DNA of 64,000 nt from Candidatus Omnitrophota bacterium (GTDB taxonomy: Bacteria; Omnitrophota; Gorgyraeia; Gygaellales; Profunditerraquicolaceae): positions 47,518-111,517 of the forward strand of contig JBEKHW010000002.1 in the NCBI GenBank assembly GCA_050012075.1. Direction: 5' to 3'. The position numbers and the translations under genes are program-made. Positions 39,390-50,131 of this stretch are shown here, one piece after another. How positions within the stretch are numbered: the first letter of the stretch is position 1; every line of letters begins with the position of its first letter. The notes under the pieces are model-generated. The model made no database searches. It was given only the letters and a program-made list of their open reading frames with translations, and was not told where the DNA came from.

Positions 39390-40129
39390 TGAGAGTGCAT
39401 TTTCTGGGAACGATGGGCTGGTATGATACGGAATTGGGCAATACCCTTTGTGTGCTCGTAGAAACTCCACGCGAATACGTTATTTTTGACGCTGGTAACG
39501 GCTTCGCAAAAGCCGACTCGTATTTAAGGAAAGATAAGCCGGTTTATTTATTCTTAAGCCATTTTCATCTTGATCATATAATAGGGCTGCACGCGCTCAA
39601 TAAATTTGACCTTCCGCAAGGCATCGATGTATTCGGGCCATCCGGGATAAAGAAGATGTTCAATCTTATTATTAATTCCCCGTATTCTAAGCCCCTAGCC
39701 AAATTAAAAACCAGGGTAAGGATAAAAGAGCTTTCTGGCAGGTTAAAACTTCCTATTGATATACAATTTAAGGAGTTAATCCATACCACTGTATGTTTCG
39801 GTTATCGGTTATCGTATAAAGGCAAAGTAGTGGCGTTTTGCACTGATACCGGCTTATGCAATAACCTCGCTTCATTGGCAAGGAATGCGGATTTGCTGAT
39901 CCTGGAATCGTCGTTGCGGCCGGGGGAACCTGACAGGGGCTGGCCGCACCTTAACCCGCAGCAGGCCGCCACAGTGGCAAGGAAGGGGTTTGCCGGGAAA
40001 TTGGCATTGGTTCATTTTGATGCCGCAGATTATTCGCGGGAAAGCGATATACAATCAGCGGGGACTGCAGCGCGGAAGATTTTTAAGAACACCATAACAG
40101 CAAGAGATGGCAAGTGTATAGAAATATGA
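39386..40129 (+). CDS. MBL-fold metallo-hydrolase
   Basis: FLSHFHLDHIIG (HxHxDH) motif. Confidence 0.6.
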   Translation: MMRVHFLGTMGWYDTELGNTLCVLVETPREYVIFDAGNGFAKADSYLRKDKPVYLFLSHFHLDHIIGLHALNKFDLPQGIDVFGPSGIKKMFNLIINSPYSKPLAKLKTRVRIKELSGRLKLPIDIQFKELIHTTVCFGYRLSYKGKVVAFCTDTGLCNNLASLARNADLLILESSLRPGEPDRGWPHLNPQQAATVARKGFAGKLALVHFDAADYSRESDIQSAGTAARKIFKNTITARDGKCIEI

Positions 40130-41337
40130 TTGCTTGTAAGCAGGAGATAAATATAAAAAATAACCGGTCATGTCCTGTTTGTGCTTCTGTAAAATGCGAA
40201 TCTTTAGGTAACCAGAAATTCGCAATTCCAAAAGGCCACCCTCTGCCTCAAGAATATAATATCGTAAGTTGCCGGAGGTGCGGTTTCGTATATGCCGATA
40301 CTCCTGCAATCCAGGAGAATTACAACAAATATTACCGCGAATTCTCAAAATATGAAGATTTGAAAATATCCTCTGGAGGAGGCATTAATAAGTGGGATTT
40401 AATCAGATTGAGAGATGCCACTGGCTTTATTTCAAGGTTTTTAAAAAACAAAAGTAGATCTATTCTGGATATCGGATGCGCTAACGGAGGCTTGTTGTCG
40501 GAATTAAAGAAAAGAGGATATTCTAATTTATACGGCATAGACCCTTCCCCAAAGTGCGTTTCTAATGTTAATAAGTTGGGGATCAAGGCGTCCAGGGGGG
40601 ATATCTTTTCAGTCACGAAAAATGTAAAAGAAAGAAAGTTCGGCTGCATAATTCTTTCTCATGTCTTAGAGCATATCTGCGATCTGAATTTGGCCATCAA
40701 TAATACAGCTTCTATTCTAGATAAAGATGGCATGCTGTATATTGAAGTCCCTGATGCCGCGAATTATTCTGAATGTCATGTTGTCCCGTATTATTATTTT
40801 GACTGTGAACATATCAATCATTTCGATATTGCCGCCCTGGATAACCTTCTATTATCTAAGGGGTTTGAACGTCTTGGTTTTCGGGAAAAAAGATTAAGGT
40901 TCATCAATAAGTTTTACCCGGTTATTTCAGCGGTGTATTTAAAGAATCCAGTTTCTTCTGTTCGCGCGGTATCTCCTGATTTCAGGACTAAGAACATCGT
41001 TAAGAGATATATCGCTGAATCTATGAAGAAAAATACTTACCCGCAAATATCAAAACTCATTAAGGGCAGGCAGGAAATCGTAGTCTGGGGGGCAGGGTCT
41101 TTTACCCTCAGGTTAATGGAAAATAATAAATTGGCGCAATGCAATATCAAATGTTTTGTTGATAATGATGCGAAGAAATATGGGAGTTCCATAAATAACA
41201 TTCCCATTTGCCCTCCACTGGAGATTCTGAACAATTTCAGGGGGCCGATACTTATTTGTTCAGCGCTATATTCTAAAGAGATCGTCATTCAGATAAAGCG
41301 GATGGGGCTAGATAATGAGATTGTCGTTCTTAATTAG
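40114..41337 (+). CDS. NDP-hexose C-methyltransferase-like (TylCIII-type architecture)
   Basis: N-terminal Zn-ribbon (CPVCAS...CRRCGF), central class I SAM methyltransferase motif LDIGCANGGLL, and a C-terminal Rossmann-like extension (VVWGAGSF). Confidence 0.55.
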   Translation: MYRNMIACKQEINIKNNRSCPVCASVKCESLGNQKFAIPKGHPLPQEYNIVSCRRCGFVYADTPAIQENYNKYYREFSKYEDLKISSGGGINKWDLIRLRDATGFISRFLKNKSRSILDIGCANGGLLSELKKRGYSNLYGIDPSPKCVSNVNKLGIKASRGDIFSVTKNVKERKFGCIILSHVLEHICDLNLAINNTASILDKDGMLYIEVPDAANYSECHVVPYYYFDCEHINHFDIAALDNLLLSKGFERLGFREKRLRFINKFYPVISAVYLKNPVSSVRAVSPDFRTKNIVKRYIAESMKKNTYPQISKLIKGRQEIVVWGAGSFTLRLMENNKLAQCNIKCFVDNDAKKYGSSINNIPICPPLEILNNFRGPILICSALYSKEIVIQIKRMGLDNEIVVLN

Positions 41338-41391
41338 AAATGAAGTTATTGGTAAAACCGGATAACTTATTTACGAAAAGGAATCTCGCAG

Positions 41392-42270
41392 ATGGATATA
41401 TTGATTACTGGCGGTAGTGGGTTTATCGGAAGAAACCTCGTAGAGTATTTAAGCTTAAAGCATAAAGTCGCCGCACCTTCTCATGCGGAGCTGGAGCTTT
41501 TGGATGAAGATGCGGTTAAAGGATATTTCAAAAGTCGTAATTTCGACACGGTAATCCATGCCGCAATCCGTCCAGGCCACCGTAATGCGAAAGACCCATC
41601 CAACGAGTTGTATCAGAATGCAAGAATGTTTTTTAATCTTATAAGGAACTCGAGCTCATTTAAAAAAATCATTGTCCTGAGCTCTGGTTTGGTCTATGAC
41701 CAGCGGTTTTATATTCCGAAAATGAAGGAGGAATATCTCGGTACGCATATGCCTGCAGATGAAGGTGGGTTTTCTAAATATATAATTGCAAAGTATATTG
41801 GAAAAATGGATAATGCCGTGGAATTGAGGGTATTCGGGATATTCGGTAAATACGAAGATTATGCGATAAGATTTATTTCAAACGCTATCTGTAAGACCAT
41901 TTTTGATTTGCCTATCACCATAAAGCAAAATCGTAAATTTGATTATGTTTATATCGAAGATTTCTTAAGGATTACAGAACATTTCTTGCAAAACAGTGGC
42001 AAGTATAGATCCTACAATATTACGCCAGACAGAGCAGTAGACCTCTATGAGCTTGCAAAAACAATTCGCAAGATATCCGGTAAGGATTTCCCTATTAAAG
42101 TTGCCCGGGAGGGGATGGGATTAGAGTATAGCGGGGATAATGCGAGATTACGGCAGGAGATGCCAGTTTTTAAGTTTATGCCGGTAGAAGCTGCAATAGA
42201 AAAACTCTATGCGTGGTATTCAGAAAATAAATCAAGCATTAACAAAGAGTTCTTACTCTTTGATAAATAG
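41392..42270 (+). CDS. NAD-dependent sugar epimerase/reductase (GDP-fucose synthase / CDP-abequose synthase-like)
   Basis: ILITGGSGFIGRNL and ELELLDEDAVKGYFKSRNFDTVIHAA. YIIAKY (YxxxK). Confidence 0.55.
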   Translation: MDILITGGSGFIGRNLVEYLSLKHKVAAPSHAELELLDEDAVKGYFKSRNFDTVIHAAIRPGHRNAKDPSNELYQNARMFFNLIRNSSSFKKIIVLSSGLVYDQRFYIPKMKEEYLGTHMPADEGGFSKYIIAKYIGKMDNAVELRVFGIFGKYEDYAIRFISNAICKTIFDLPITIKQNRKFDYVYIEDFLRITEHFLQNSGKYRSYNITPDRAVDLYELAKTIRKISGKDFPIKVAREGMGLEYSGDNARLRQEMPVFKFMPVEAAIEKLYAWYSENKSSINKEFLLFDK

Positions 42271-42311
42271 AAAGATTCACTAAATTAGTCACAAAAAATG
42301 GGGAGGTTGGC

Positions 42312-43403
42312 ATGAATAAGGATATTTTTGAAGATTTGTTTGTCCTTGAATTAGCTAACAATCACTACGGAAAACTGGAGAGGGGGTTAAAGATTATCAC
42401 TGAATTCTCCAGGATAATCCGGTTCAATAATGTCAGGGCTTCGATTAAGCTTCAAATCAGGGATGTGGATAATTTCATACATAAGGCTTTTCGTAACAGT
42501 ATTGATATACGTTATATTAAAAAAACGCTGGACACCAAAATGCCCAAAGAGAACTTTGAAACTATGGTGCAGTTTATCAGGAAGAGCGGGTGCATACCAT
42601 CGGCAACGCCTTTTGATGAAAAATCCGTTGATTTTTGTTCTGAGCTGGGTATCCAGATTTTAAAAATTGCCAGCTCCGACTTAAATGACTGGGTGTTAAT
42701 AGAAAAAATCGCGAAGACCAAGAAACCGGTTATCGTATCCACGGGGGGCTCGTCCTTGAAAGACCTTGATGACTTAGTTGTTTTCTTTGAAAATAGGAAT
42801 ATCCCGCTTGCCATAAACCACTGCATAGCATTATATCCTTCTGAAGATTGCGAACTCGAACTCAATCAGCTAGATTTCTTGAAGAATAGATACCCAAACC
42901 ATACGATAGGCCTGTCTACTCACGAATATCACGATTGGGTTTCTTCAATAATGATTGCTTATGCTAAAGGCGCGAGGACCTTTGAAAGGCATATAGATAT
43001 AGATGACGGGCAATATGAAATTTCTCCTTATTGTTCTTTGCCGCATCAGGTAGATGCCTGGTTTAAGGCGTTCAAAAAGGCAAAAGAAATGTGTGGCGCC
43101 TCCGGTACATCTAAGAGAATGCCATCTGAGAAGGAAACTGAGTATCTCAATGCCCTTGTCAGGGGTGTATATGCCAAAAAGAATCTGCCTGAAGGATATG
43201 TATTTCATCATGAAGATATAGAGCAGGATATTTACTTGGCGATACCGTTACAGAAAGGGCAGATTTCCTGTAGAGAATTGATGAGTGGAGAAGTTCTATT
43301 GAGGGGATGCAAGAAAGATGAACCCATAACTATTGATATGATAGACAGCCCTTACGCTAACAATGAGGATTTAAAGAAGGTAATATACAGCAGGGGATTA
43401 TAA
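42312..43403 (+). CDS. N-acetylneuraminate synthase family protein (NeuB/PseI/SpsE-like)
   Basis: VLELANNHYGKLE TIM-barrel N-terminus plus a C-terminal SAF-like domain. Family-level call only. Confidence 0.45.
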   Translation: MNKDIFEDLFVLELANNHYGKLERGLKIITEFSRIIRFNNVRASIKLQIRDVDNFIHKAFRNSIDIRYIKKTLDTKMPKENFETMVQFIRKSGCIPSATPFDEKSVDFCSELGIQILKIASSDLNDWVLIEKIAKTKKPVIVSTGGSSLKDLDDLVVFFENRNIPLAINHCIALYPSEDCELELNQLDFLKNRYPNHTIGLSTHEYHDWVSSIMIAYAKGARTFERHIDIDDGQYEISPYCSLPHQVDAWFKAFKKAKEMCGASGTSKRMPSEKETEYLNALVRGVYAKKNLPEGYVFHHEDIEQDIYLAIPLQKGQISCRELMSGEVLLRGCKKDEPITIDMIDSPYANNEDLKKVIYSRGL

Positions 43404-43413
43404 GAGGCAGGGT

Positions 43414-45222
43414 ATGATAAAAGTTACAGATTATATAGCAAAACGGCTTGCCGATAGTGGAATCAGGCATATTTTTATGTTGACCGGCGGCGGGGCTATG
43501 CATCTTAATAATTCATTGGGGAAGGATAAATATCTCAAATGTGTTTTTAATCATCACGAACAGGCCTGCGCTATTGCTGCAGAGGGTTATGCCAGGATAT
43601 CCGCTAAGCTAGGAGTAGTTAATGTTACTTCCGGGCCAGGGGGATTAAATACTTTGACCGGAGTTATGGGGCAGTGGACCGATTCAGTACCCGTGTTATA
43701 TATATCCGGTCAGGTCAAACTCGAAACAAGTATCTCTTCTTGTCCTGATATCGGATTACGGCAGCTTGGCGACCAGGAAGTGGATATCGTCAACATAGTA
43801 AAGCCGATAACAAAATTCGCGATTATGGTTAAAAATCCTAACGAGATAAAAAGAATACTTGATAAAGCTATATACATAGCTACGCATGGCCGGCCCGGAC
43901 CGGTATGGATTGATTTGCCTCTTGATGTTCAGGGAGCCGTGGTTGATGAGAGTAAAATGCTAGGGTATGATAAAAAAGAGGCCGCCATATTTAATGATGC
44001 CGATCTCCTGACTAAAGTGCCGCAAGTAATTAAGTTGATTAAGGCATCGCATCGTCCGGTCATTTTAGCCGGATATGGTATCCGCATTGCGAATGCGCAG
44101 GAATTATTCCTGGAACTGGTAAATAAATTGAAGGTGCCGGTTTTATCTACCTTTAACGGCCAGGACCTTATAGCAAGCAATCATCCTTGTTTCATAGGAA
44201 GAATAGGTACCCAGGGAGACAGGGCGGGTAATTTTGCCCTTCAAAATTCAGATCTGTTATTATCAATTGGCTCACGAAATAATATCAGGCAGGTTAGTTA
44301 TAATTGGAAAACTTTTGCCCGGGAAGCTAAAAAAGTAGTAGTTGATATAGACCCTGCAGAGTTACAGAAAAGCACTTTAATCCCTGATATCGCAGTACAT
44401 TCTGATGCCAGGTATTTCCTGGAAAATATGTCCAAAGTTTTAGAAAAAACCGGTCTGCCAGGATGGAATAAGTGGTTACGCTGGTGCATTGAGAGAAAAA
44501 ATAAATATCCCGTGGTTATTCCTAAGTACAAAAAATCCAAGAAAATCAATCCGTATTATTTTATCAATCTTTTAAGCGAATGCATAAAAGAAAGAACTGT
44601 TGTCGTTACCGGAAATGGCACGGCAAGTGTATGCTATTTCCAGGCCGCCATGGTTAAGAAGGGGCAGAGGATTATAATGAATTCCGGTTGCGCGGCTATG
44701 GGGTATGATTTACCGGCTGCGATAGGCGCTTGTTTTGCCAGTAGCAAAAAAGATATTATTTGTATTACAGGAGATGGCAGCATCCAGCTGAATATCCAGG
44801 AGCTACAGACTATAATCCATCATAAACTGCCGATAAAAATATTTGTTTTAAATAATGACGGGTATATTTCCATAAGGCAGACTCAAAAGAGTTTTTTTGG
44901 TTTACCGTATGTAGGCTCCGGCAGAACGTCTGGATTGAGTCTTCCCGATATGGGCAAGATCGCAAAGGCTTATGGCATAAAATCATACACTATCGATAAA
45001 AATCACGGCATAAGGATAAAGATAAAACGCATACTTGATTGCAGGGGTCCGGTTATCTGTGAAGTAAAACTCGACGATAACTATAAATTCATGCCGAAAT
45101 TATCTTCAGAAAGAAAGCCGGATGGAAGAATTGTTTCTAAGCCTATTGAGGATATGTCCCCATTTTTAGAGCGAAAAGAATTTAAGGGCAATATGCTCGT
45201 ACCGCTGTATCGGGAGAAATAA
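43414..45222 (+). CDS. thiamine diphosphate-dependent enzyme (acetolactate synthase large subunit-like; YerE-like candidate)
   Basis: The three ThDP-enzyme domains, with the ThDP-binding GDGS...NNDGY motif near the C-terminus. Confidence 0.75.
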   Translation: MIKVTDYIAKRLADSGIRHIFMLTGGGAMHLNNSLGKDKYLKCVFNHHEQACAIAAEGYARISAKLGVVNVTSGPGGLNTLTGVMGQWTDSVPVLYISGQVKLETSISSCPDIGLRQLGDQEVDIVNIVKPITKFAIMVKNPNEIKRILDKAIYIATHGRPGPVWIDLPLDVQGAVVDESKMLGYDKKEAAIFNDADLLTKVPQVIKLIKASHRPVILAGYGIRIANAQELFLELVNKLKVPVLSTFNGQDLIASNHPCFIGRIGTQGDRAGNFALQNSDLLLSIGSRNNIRQVSYNWKTFAREAKKVVVDIDPAELQKSTLIPDIAVHSDARYFLENMSKVLEKTGLPGWNKWLRWCIERKNKYPVVIPKYKKSKKINPYYFINLLSECIKERTVVVTGNGTASVCYFQAAMVKKGQRIIMNSGCAAMGYDLPAAIGACFASSKKDIICITGDGSIQLNIQELQTIIHHKLPIKIFVLNNDGYISIRQTQKSFFGLPYVGSGRTSGLSLPDMGKIAKAYGIKSYTIDKNHGIRIKIKRILDCRGPVICEVKLDDNYKFMPKLSSERKPDGRIVSKPIEDMSPFLERKEFKGNMLVPLYREK

Positions 45223-45295
45223 CCAGAACTATATTCGGATTACAGTATTATAAGGATATGGCCAAGTAAATACGTATATTTACGGGGTTTAGAAA

Positions 45296-46606
45296 ATGGA
45301 AAAAGCCAAACAATTAAAAAGGGAAATATTTAAGAATGTAGCAAAGTTCTATAAAGCGAATAAGCAAAAGGATAGGTTTATTCCGGGAAAGACCCACATA
45401 AATTATGGAGGAAGGGTCTTTGATGAAGAAGAAATAATAAATCTCGTTGATTCTGCTCTTGAATTCTGGCTGACCGCCGGCAGGTACGCCCATGACTTTG
45501 AAGAAAAATTAGCTAAGTTTATAGGGGTAAAGTACGGTATCCTCACTAATTCCGGCTCATCGGCAACCCTTTTAGCTATATCGAGCCTGACTTCACCGCT
45601 ATTAAAGGAACGAAGGCTTAAGCCGGGGGACGAAGTCATCACTACTGCCTGTGGTTTTCCCACGACACTTAACCCTATATTACAGAACAATCTGGTTCCG
45701 GTTTTTGTTGATGTGGATTTGGGGACTTATAATATTCAGGTGCATAAAATTGAAAAGGCGATATCCAATAAGACAAAAGCAATCTTTATTGCCCATACCT
45801 TGGGTAACCCCGTAGATCTGGATCAGATTGCGAAGGTTGTGAACAAACATAAACTCTGGTTTTGCGAAGACAACTGTGATAGTCTGGGCTCAAAATATAA
45901 AGATAAATATACAGGAAACTTCGGGGATATTTCCACCTGCAGTTTTTATCCGCCCCATCATATCACTATGGGAGAGGGCGGGGCTGTTTTGACCAGCGAC
46001 CCGCTATTGAAGAAAATAATTATTTCTTTTCGTGATTGGGGAAGGGATTGTTATTGCGAAACAGGGAGCGATAATACCTGCAAAAAAAGGTTTAACCAGA
46101 AATTCGGAGATTTGCCTTATGGCTATGACCATAAATACGTGTATTCGCATATAGGTTATAATTTAAAAGTTACCGATATGCAGGCAGCTATAGGAGCGGC
46201 GCAATTAAAGAAATTACCGGGGTTTATTGAGGCGAGAAAGAAGAACTTTAAATTCCTCTATAATGTTTTTCAAAAATATGAGGATTGTTTTATACTTCCG
46301 CAGGCAGAGAAATATTCCGATCCAAGCTGGTTTGGTTTCCCGGTTTTAGTAAAAGACACAGCCCCATTTAATAGGGCGGATATCACTAGTTATCTGGAGG
46401 AGCATAAGATTGCTACAAGAATGCTTTTTGGCGGGAATTTATTAAAGCAGCCAGCTTATAAAAACATAAAGCACAGGGTAGTAGGAGATTTAAGAAATAC
46501 TGATTTAGTTATGAATAATCTGTTTTGGATAGGAGTTTATCCGGGGCTTACAAAGCCGATGCTATCTTATGTGGAGAGGATTTTACATAATTTCTTCAGA
46601 AAATGA
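45296..46606 (+). CDS. rfbH: CDP-6-deoxy-L-threo-D-glycero-4-hexulose-3-dehydrase (E1, DegT family)
   Basis: DegT-family N-terminus FWLTAGRYAHDFEEKLAKFIGVKYGILTNSGSSA. 436 aa. Cys spacing C-X57-C-X1-C-X7-C (..DNC...RDCYCETGSDNTC) is consistent with the E1 [2Fe-2S] motif. Confidence 0.7.
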   Translation: MEKAKQLKREIFKNVAKFYKANKQKDRFIPGKTHINYGGRVFDEEEIINLVDSALEFWLTAGRYAHDFEEKLAKFIGVKYGILTNSGSSATLLAISSLTSPLLKERRLKPGDEVITTACGFPTTLNPILQNNLVPVFVDVDLGTYNIQVHKIEKAISNKTKAIFIAHTLGNPVDLDQIAKVVNKHKLWFCEDNCDSLGSKYKDKYTGNFGDISTCSFYPPHHITMGEGGAVLTSDPLLKKIIISFRDWGRDCYCETGSDNTCKKRFNQKFGDLPYGYDHKYVYSHIGYNLKVTDMQAAIGAAQLKKLPGFIEARKKNFKFLYNVFQKYEDCFILPQAEKYSDPSWFGFPVLVKDTAPFNRADITSYLEEHKIATRMLFGGNLLKQPAYKNIKHRVVGDLRNTDLVMNNLFWIGVYPGLTKPMLSYVERILHNFFRK

Positions 46607-47304
46607 ATACGAAACTGACGATTATTATAGGCTGTTTTAATGAAAAACCTACCATCTTAAAAGCTATTGAAGAAGCCAAGGCATTAAAGATTGATAAGGA
46701 AATAATTGTTATAGATAACGGCTCAACCGACGGCACTAAAGAAATATTAGAAAGTTTGAAGGATGATAAGTCGCTTAAAATAGTTTTTCATTCCAGAAAT
46801 ATGGGTGCTGGATATAGCGCATGCGAAGGAGTTTATCTTGCTAAAGGTGCCTACCATTATGGCCCCGGAGCCGACCTAGAATATAAAATGGATGATGTTT
46901 ATAAGATGATAGATAAAATGGAGAAAGAAGATTTAGATGTTGTATTCGGCTCAAGGCTGGCAGATAGAAAGAATGTCTCTCGTATTGCCTTGATTAAGGA
47001 AAGGCCATATTGGCTTGGGTCTATCATCGCGACGTCTTTAATAAATATATTATACCGTAAGAATTTTACCGATATTATAGGTACAAACCTGATCAAAACC
47101 AGTGTTTTAAAGGAAATTAACTGTAAAGATTGCAGTCAGGCTTTTGCATTTGAGTTGGTAAGTAAGCTTTGTAAGGGCAGGTATAGAATCGGGGAAATCC
47201 CCGTTTATTACAAGCCCCGGACACATAAAGAAGGAAAAACCATACGAGTTTTTGATATGATCCCGGCACTTTTGGCGATCTTAAAGGTGAAGATTTTTGG
47301 TTGA
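46603..47304 (+). CDS. glycosyltransferase family 2
   Basis: IIIGCFNE...IIVIDNGSTDGT. Confidence 0.7.
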   Translation: MNTKLTIIIGCFNEKPTILKAIEEAKALKIDKEIIVIDNGSTDGTKEILESLKDDKSLKIVFHSRNMGAGYSACEGVYLAKGAYHYGPGADLEYKMDDVYKMIDKMEKEDLDVVFGSRLADRKNVSRIALIKERPYWLGSIIATSLINILYRKNFTDIIGTNLIKTSVLKEINCKDCSQAFAFELVSKLCKGRYRIGEIPVYYKPRTHKEGKTIRVFDMIPALLAILKVKIFG

Positions 47305-47317
47305 AGAGACATAAATA

Positions 47318-49408
47318 ATGTTGAACTCAATATTATTAAATTTAATCGTAATTGCAAGTGCAACAATTTTAGTTAAGTGTCTTTTCAAATTTAGCGAATG
47401 GTATGATTATATTCTTGCAGCTTTTATACTATTTTTTGCTCAAATAGTTTTGATTGAACTTTTCTTGGGTACTATCAAACTGTTTTATATTCGAGAAGTT
47501 TTTTTGGCACAGCTATTAATTTTTCTGATAATTTCCTTAATCTATTTTAAGAAAAAATCATCCCCCTTTATAAAACCGGATATAAGCTTTTTTATAAACA
47601 GTAATTTACTCCTTTTTGCTTTTTCGGTTTTTTTGGCATTTTTTTGTGTAAAGGCATTCGTTAATCTGATTAATCCACCGGTTAGCCCTGATAGTCTGCA
47701 GTATCATCTTGCCTTCCCGGCTGCTTGGATAAGAAGCGGAAGATTAGATAATCCATTTAATATATTTGGAGCAGTATTTATTTCTGGTCAGAGGTCATTA
47801 GAAACCAGCGGTATCTCTTATTTTCCCATCAATGCAGAGTTATTCTTTGCATGGCTTATGCTACCTTTAAGGAATGCCTTTTTGGCCGACTTAGGAGAGG
47901 CCCCATTTTATATTATCGGGATAATAGCGATATACTCAATACTAAGGAAATATGCAGTAAATAAAAGAATTGCTTTATTAAGCGGTTTTCTCTGGGTTCT
48001 TATCCCGAATATTTTTAAGCAGCTTAAAACGGGCTCCCAGATAGATGTAATATGTGCGGTGTTATTGTTTTTGTTAGTTGATACCCTGTTACTGCTTAAG
48101 CAGGAATTTACCTTCAAGAACGCAATCTTGTTTGGGATTTCTGTTGGACTTTTTGTGGGGACCAAGTTCACTAATATAATCTGGTTAGCTGCCTTAATCC
48201 CGCTAATCTTTTATTTATTATATAGGGGGGTTAAAACAAATAAGTTTGGGGTAGAGAAAATAGTTGTTTTATTTAGCAGTATTATCTTAATGGTTATTTT
48301 ATTTGGCGGCTATATGTTTATAAAAAACTTTATTTTTACCGGCAACCCTTTATTTCCTAACCAGATAATAATCTTTGGCAAGACCATATTTAGGGGTTTG
48401 TCGAATGTAGCTACTTATAAAGTGCTATATGCCGCAGGTGATACATTTAATTTGAAGAGGATATTTTTTGCAGAGGGTTTAGGCGCGCAGCTTTTACTCT
48501 TAATTTTACCTGGTATGTTTGGGTCACTAGTTTTCTTGGGATATTCAAGGAGAAGGTTACGTCCTTTTGGAGAGTATTTATTACTTTTTATTACTCCGTT
48601 TATAATGCTCATACTCTACAGGATTTCTCTTGATGTATATGCAGTGCGCTATCTTTTTCCACTTATAAGCATGGGGTTAATAACTGCTGTTATCTTTATG
48701 GCCCAATTACCTCGCGCAGATAAGTATTTTACGTTTATTTCATTCATATCAATTTCTGCTTCGGCTTTTGAATTAGCCCATCGGTACGAGCTTATTTTTT
48801 CGCTTTTACTTTCATTGGCATTATTTATAACGCTGGTCCTTTATAAGAAGCAAATTATTGCATTCTATAAAAGCAATGTGTCTGGTAAAGTTATGGTTAT
48901 TATATCAGTGTCAGTGTTAATATTTTTGGCGTATTTTAATGGGAAATATAATAAGGAAGAATTTAAACGTTACCCTTTCGGTCCTAGTAAAAAAGACCAA
49001 TGGCTGCAGATGGATATAGGAAAAAGCTGGCAGTGGCTTAATGAACAGACTAAAGAAGGCTCGCGGGTTGCCTATACCGGCTGCCAAGAGTTCTATCCTT
49101 TATTTGGTTCAAGGCTTAAAAATGATGTGAAATATGTTTCTGTCAATGAAAAGGAAGCCACCCCTTACAATAAACCAGATGGGTTATGGAGAAAAAATAA
49201 GAATTTCCATGCCTGGCGGGAGAATCTAAAAAGAGAAAAAATCGAGTATCTATATATTGCGCTTCCCTTCCCTGATAATAGGGAATCGGAAGGTCCTGCT
49301 AAGTTTCCCATTGAAGACGAGTGGGCCTTGTCGCACCCTGAAGATTTCCAGTTATTATTTAGTAATCCATTGTCACACATATACAGGGTTTTAATCCCTG
49401 CTAAATAG
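47318..49408 (+). CDS. large polytopic membrane protein, possible GT-C glycosyltransferase
   Basis: 696 aa with about 14 TM helices and a soluble C-terminal domain. Confidence 0.4.
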   Translation: MLNSILLNLIVIASATILVKCLFKFSEWYDYILAAFILFFAQIVLIELFLGTIKLFYIREVFLAQLLIFLIISLIYFKKKSSPFIKPDISFFINSNLLLFAFSVFLAFFCVKAFVNLINPPVSPDSLQYHLAFPAAWIRSGRLDNPFNIFGAVFISGQRSLETSGISYFPINAELFFAWLMLPLRNAFLADLGEAPFYIIGIIAIYSILRKYAVNKRIALLSGFLWVLIPNIFKQLKTGSQIDVICAVLLFLLVDTLLLLKQEFTFKNAILFGISVGLFVGTKFTNIIWLAALIPLIFYLLYRGVKTNKFGVEKIVVLFSSIILMVILFGGYMFIKNFIFTGNPLFPNQIIIFGKTIFRGLSNVATYKVLYAAGDTFNLKRIFFAEGLGAQLLLLILPGMFGSLVFLGYSRRRLRPFGEYLLLFITPFIMLILYRISLDVYAVRYLFPLISMGLITAVIFMAQLPRADKYFTFISFISISASAFELAHRYELIFSLLLSLALFITLVLYKKQIIAFYKSNVSGKVMVIISVSVLIFLAYFNGKYNKEEFKRYPFGPSKKDQWLQMDIGKSWQWLNEQTKEGSRVAYTGCQEFYPLFGSRLKNDVKYVSVNEKEATPYNKPDGLWRKNKNFHAWRENLKREKIEYLYIALPFPDNRESEGPAKFPIEDEWALSHPEDFQLLFSNPLSHIYRVLIPAK

Positions 49409-49411
49409 CCT

Positions 49412-50131
49412 ATGGATAAAAAACAACCAAGCAGCGAGGATATAATTTTGGATTACAACAGGATTTATTCCTCAAGCGGACTCAGGGCAAACTCCGCGTA
49501 TTACCGGTGGTTAATACGGTTGTTAAGGCCTAAGCCGGCCTCGACTTTGCTTGATGTTTCCTGCGGTGAGGGGTTTTTCTTAAGGGAGATTTCAAGAAGG
49601 GCAAAATCCGTCAAGACATTCGGACTGGATATCTCTGATACTGCCGTTTCTGTGGCTAATCGGAATTCGCCCGGCTCGGTGCTATTGGTAGCCGATGGAC
49701 AAAAGATACCTTTCCGCGATAAGGTTTTTGATTATGTAACCTGCCTGGGAAGCCTGGAACATTACCTTGAGCCGGAAAAGGGCTTGCGGGAGATATCCAG
49801 GGTTGCCAAGGAGAGCGCCGAGTTTTGTATAGTGCTTCCGAATTCCCTGAGCATAGATTTATTTTTGCACGTAAGGCGGGCAGGGGATAAGCCAGTTGAT
49901 GATTTCCAGATTTTAGAGAGAACAGCCACTAAAAGACAATGGATGCGATTGCTTGATAAAAACGGTTTCTTAGTGGAATCTGTATATGGCTCTAACTTAT
50001 GGCCTGAATTATTCCAGGAAGGAACCGTTAAGCTGAAGTCGCTATCAAAATATATCAGGAGGTCTTTGATAAAATATTTATGCCCTTTGAATCTGGCAAG
50101 GGAGTTTGTATTTATCTGCAGGAAAAAATGA
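49412..50131 (+). CDS. class I SAM-dependent methyltransferase
   Basis: LLDVSCGEGFFL motif I. Confidence 0.7.
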   Translation: MDKKQPSSEDIILDYNRIYSSSGLRANSAYYRWLIRLLRPKPASTLLDVSCGEGFFLREISRRAKSVKTFGLDISDTAVSVANRNSPGSVLLVADGQKIPFRDKVFDYVTCLGSLEHYLEPEKGLREISRVAKESAEFCIVLPNSLSIDLFLHVRRAGDKPVDDFQILERTATKRQWMRLLDKNGFLVESVYGSNLWPELFQEGTVKLKSLSKYIRRSLIKYLCPLNLAREFVFICRKK

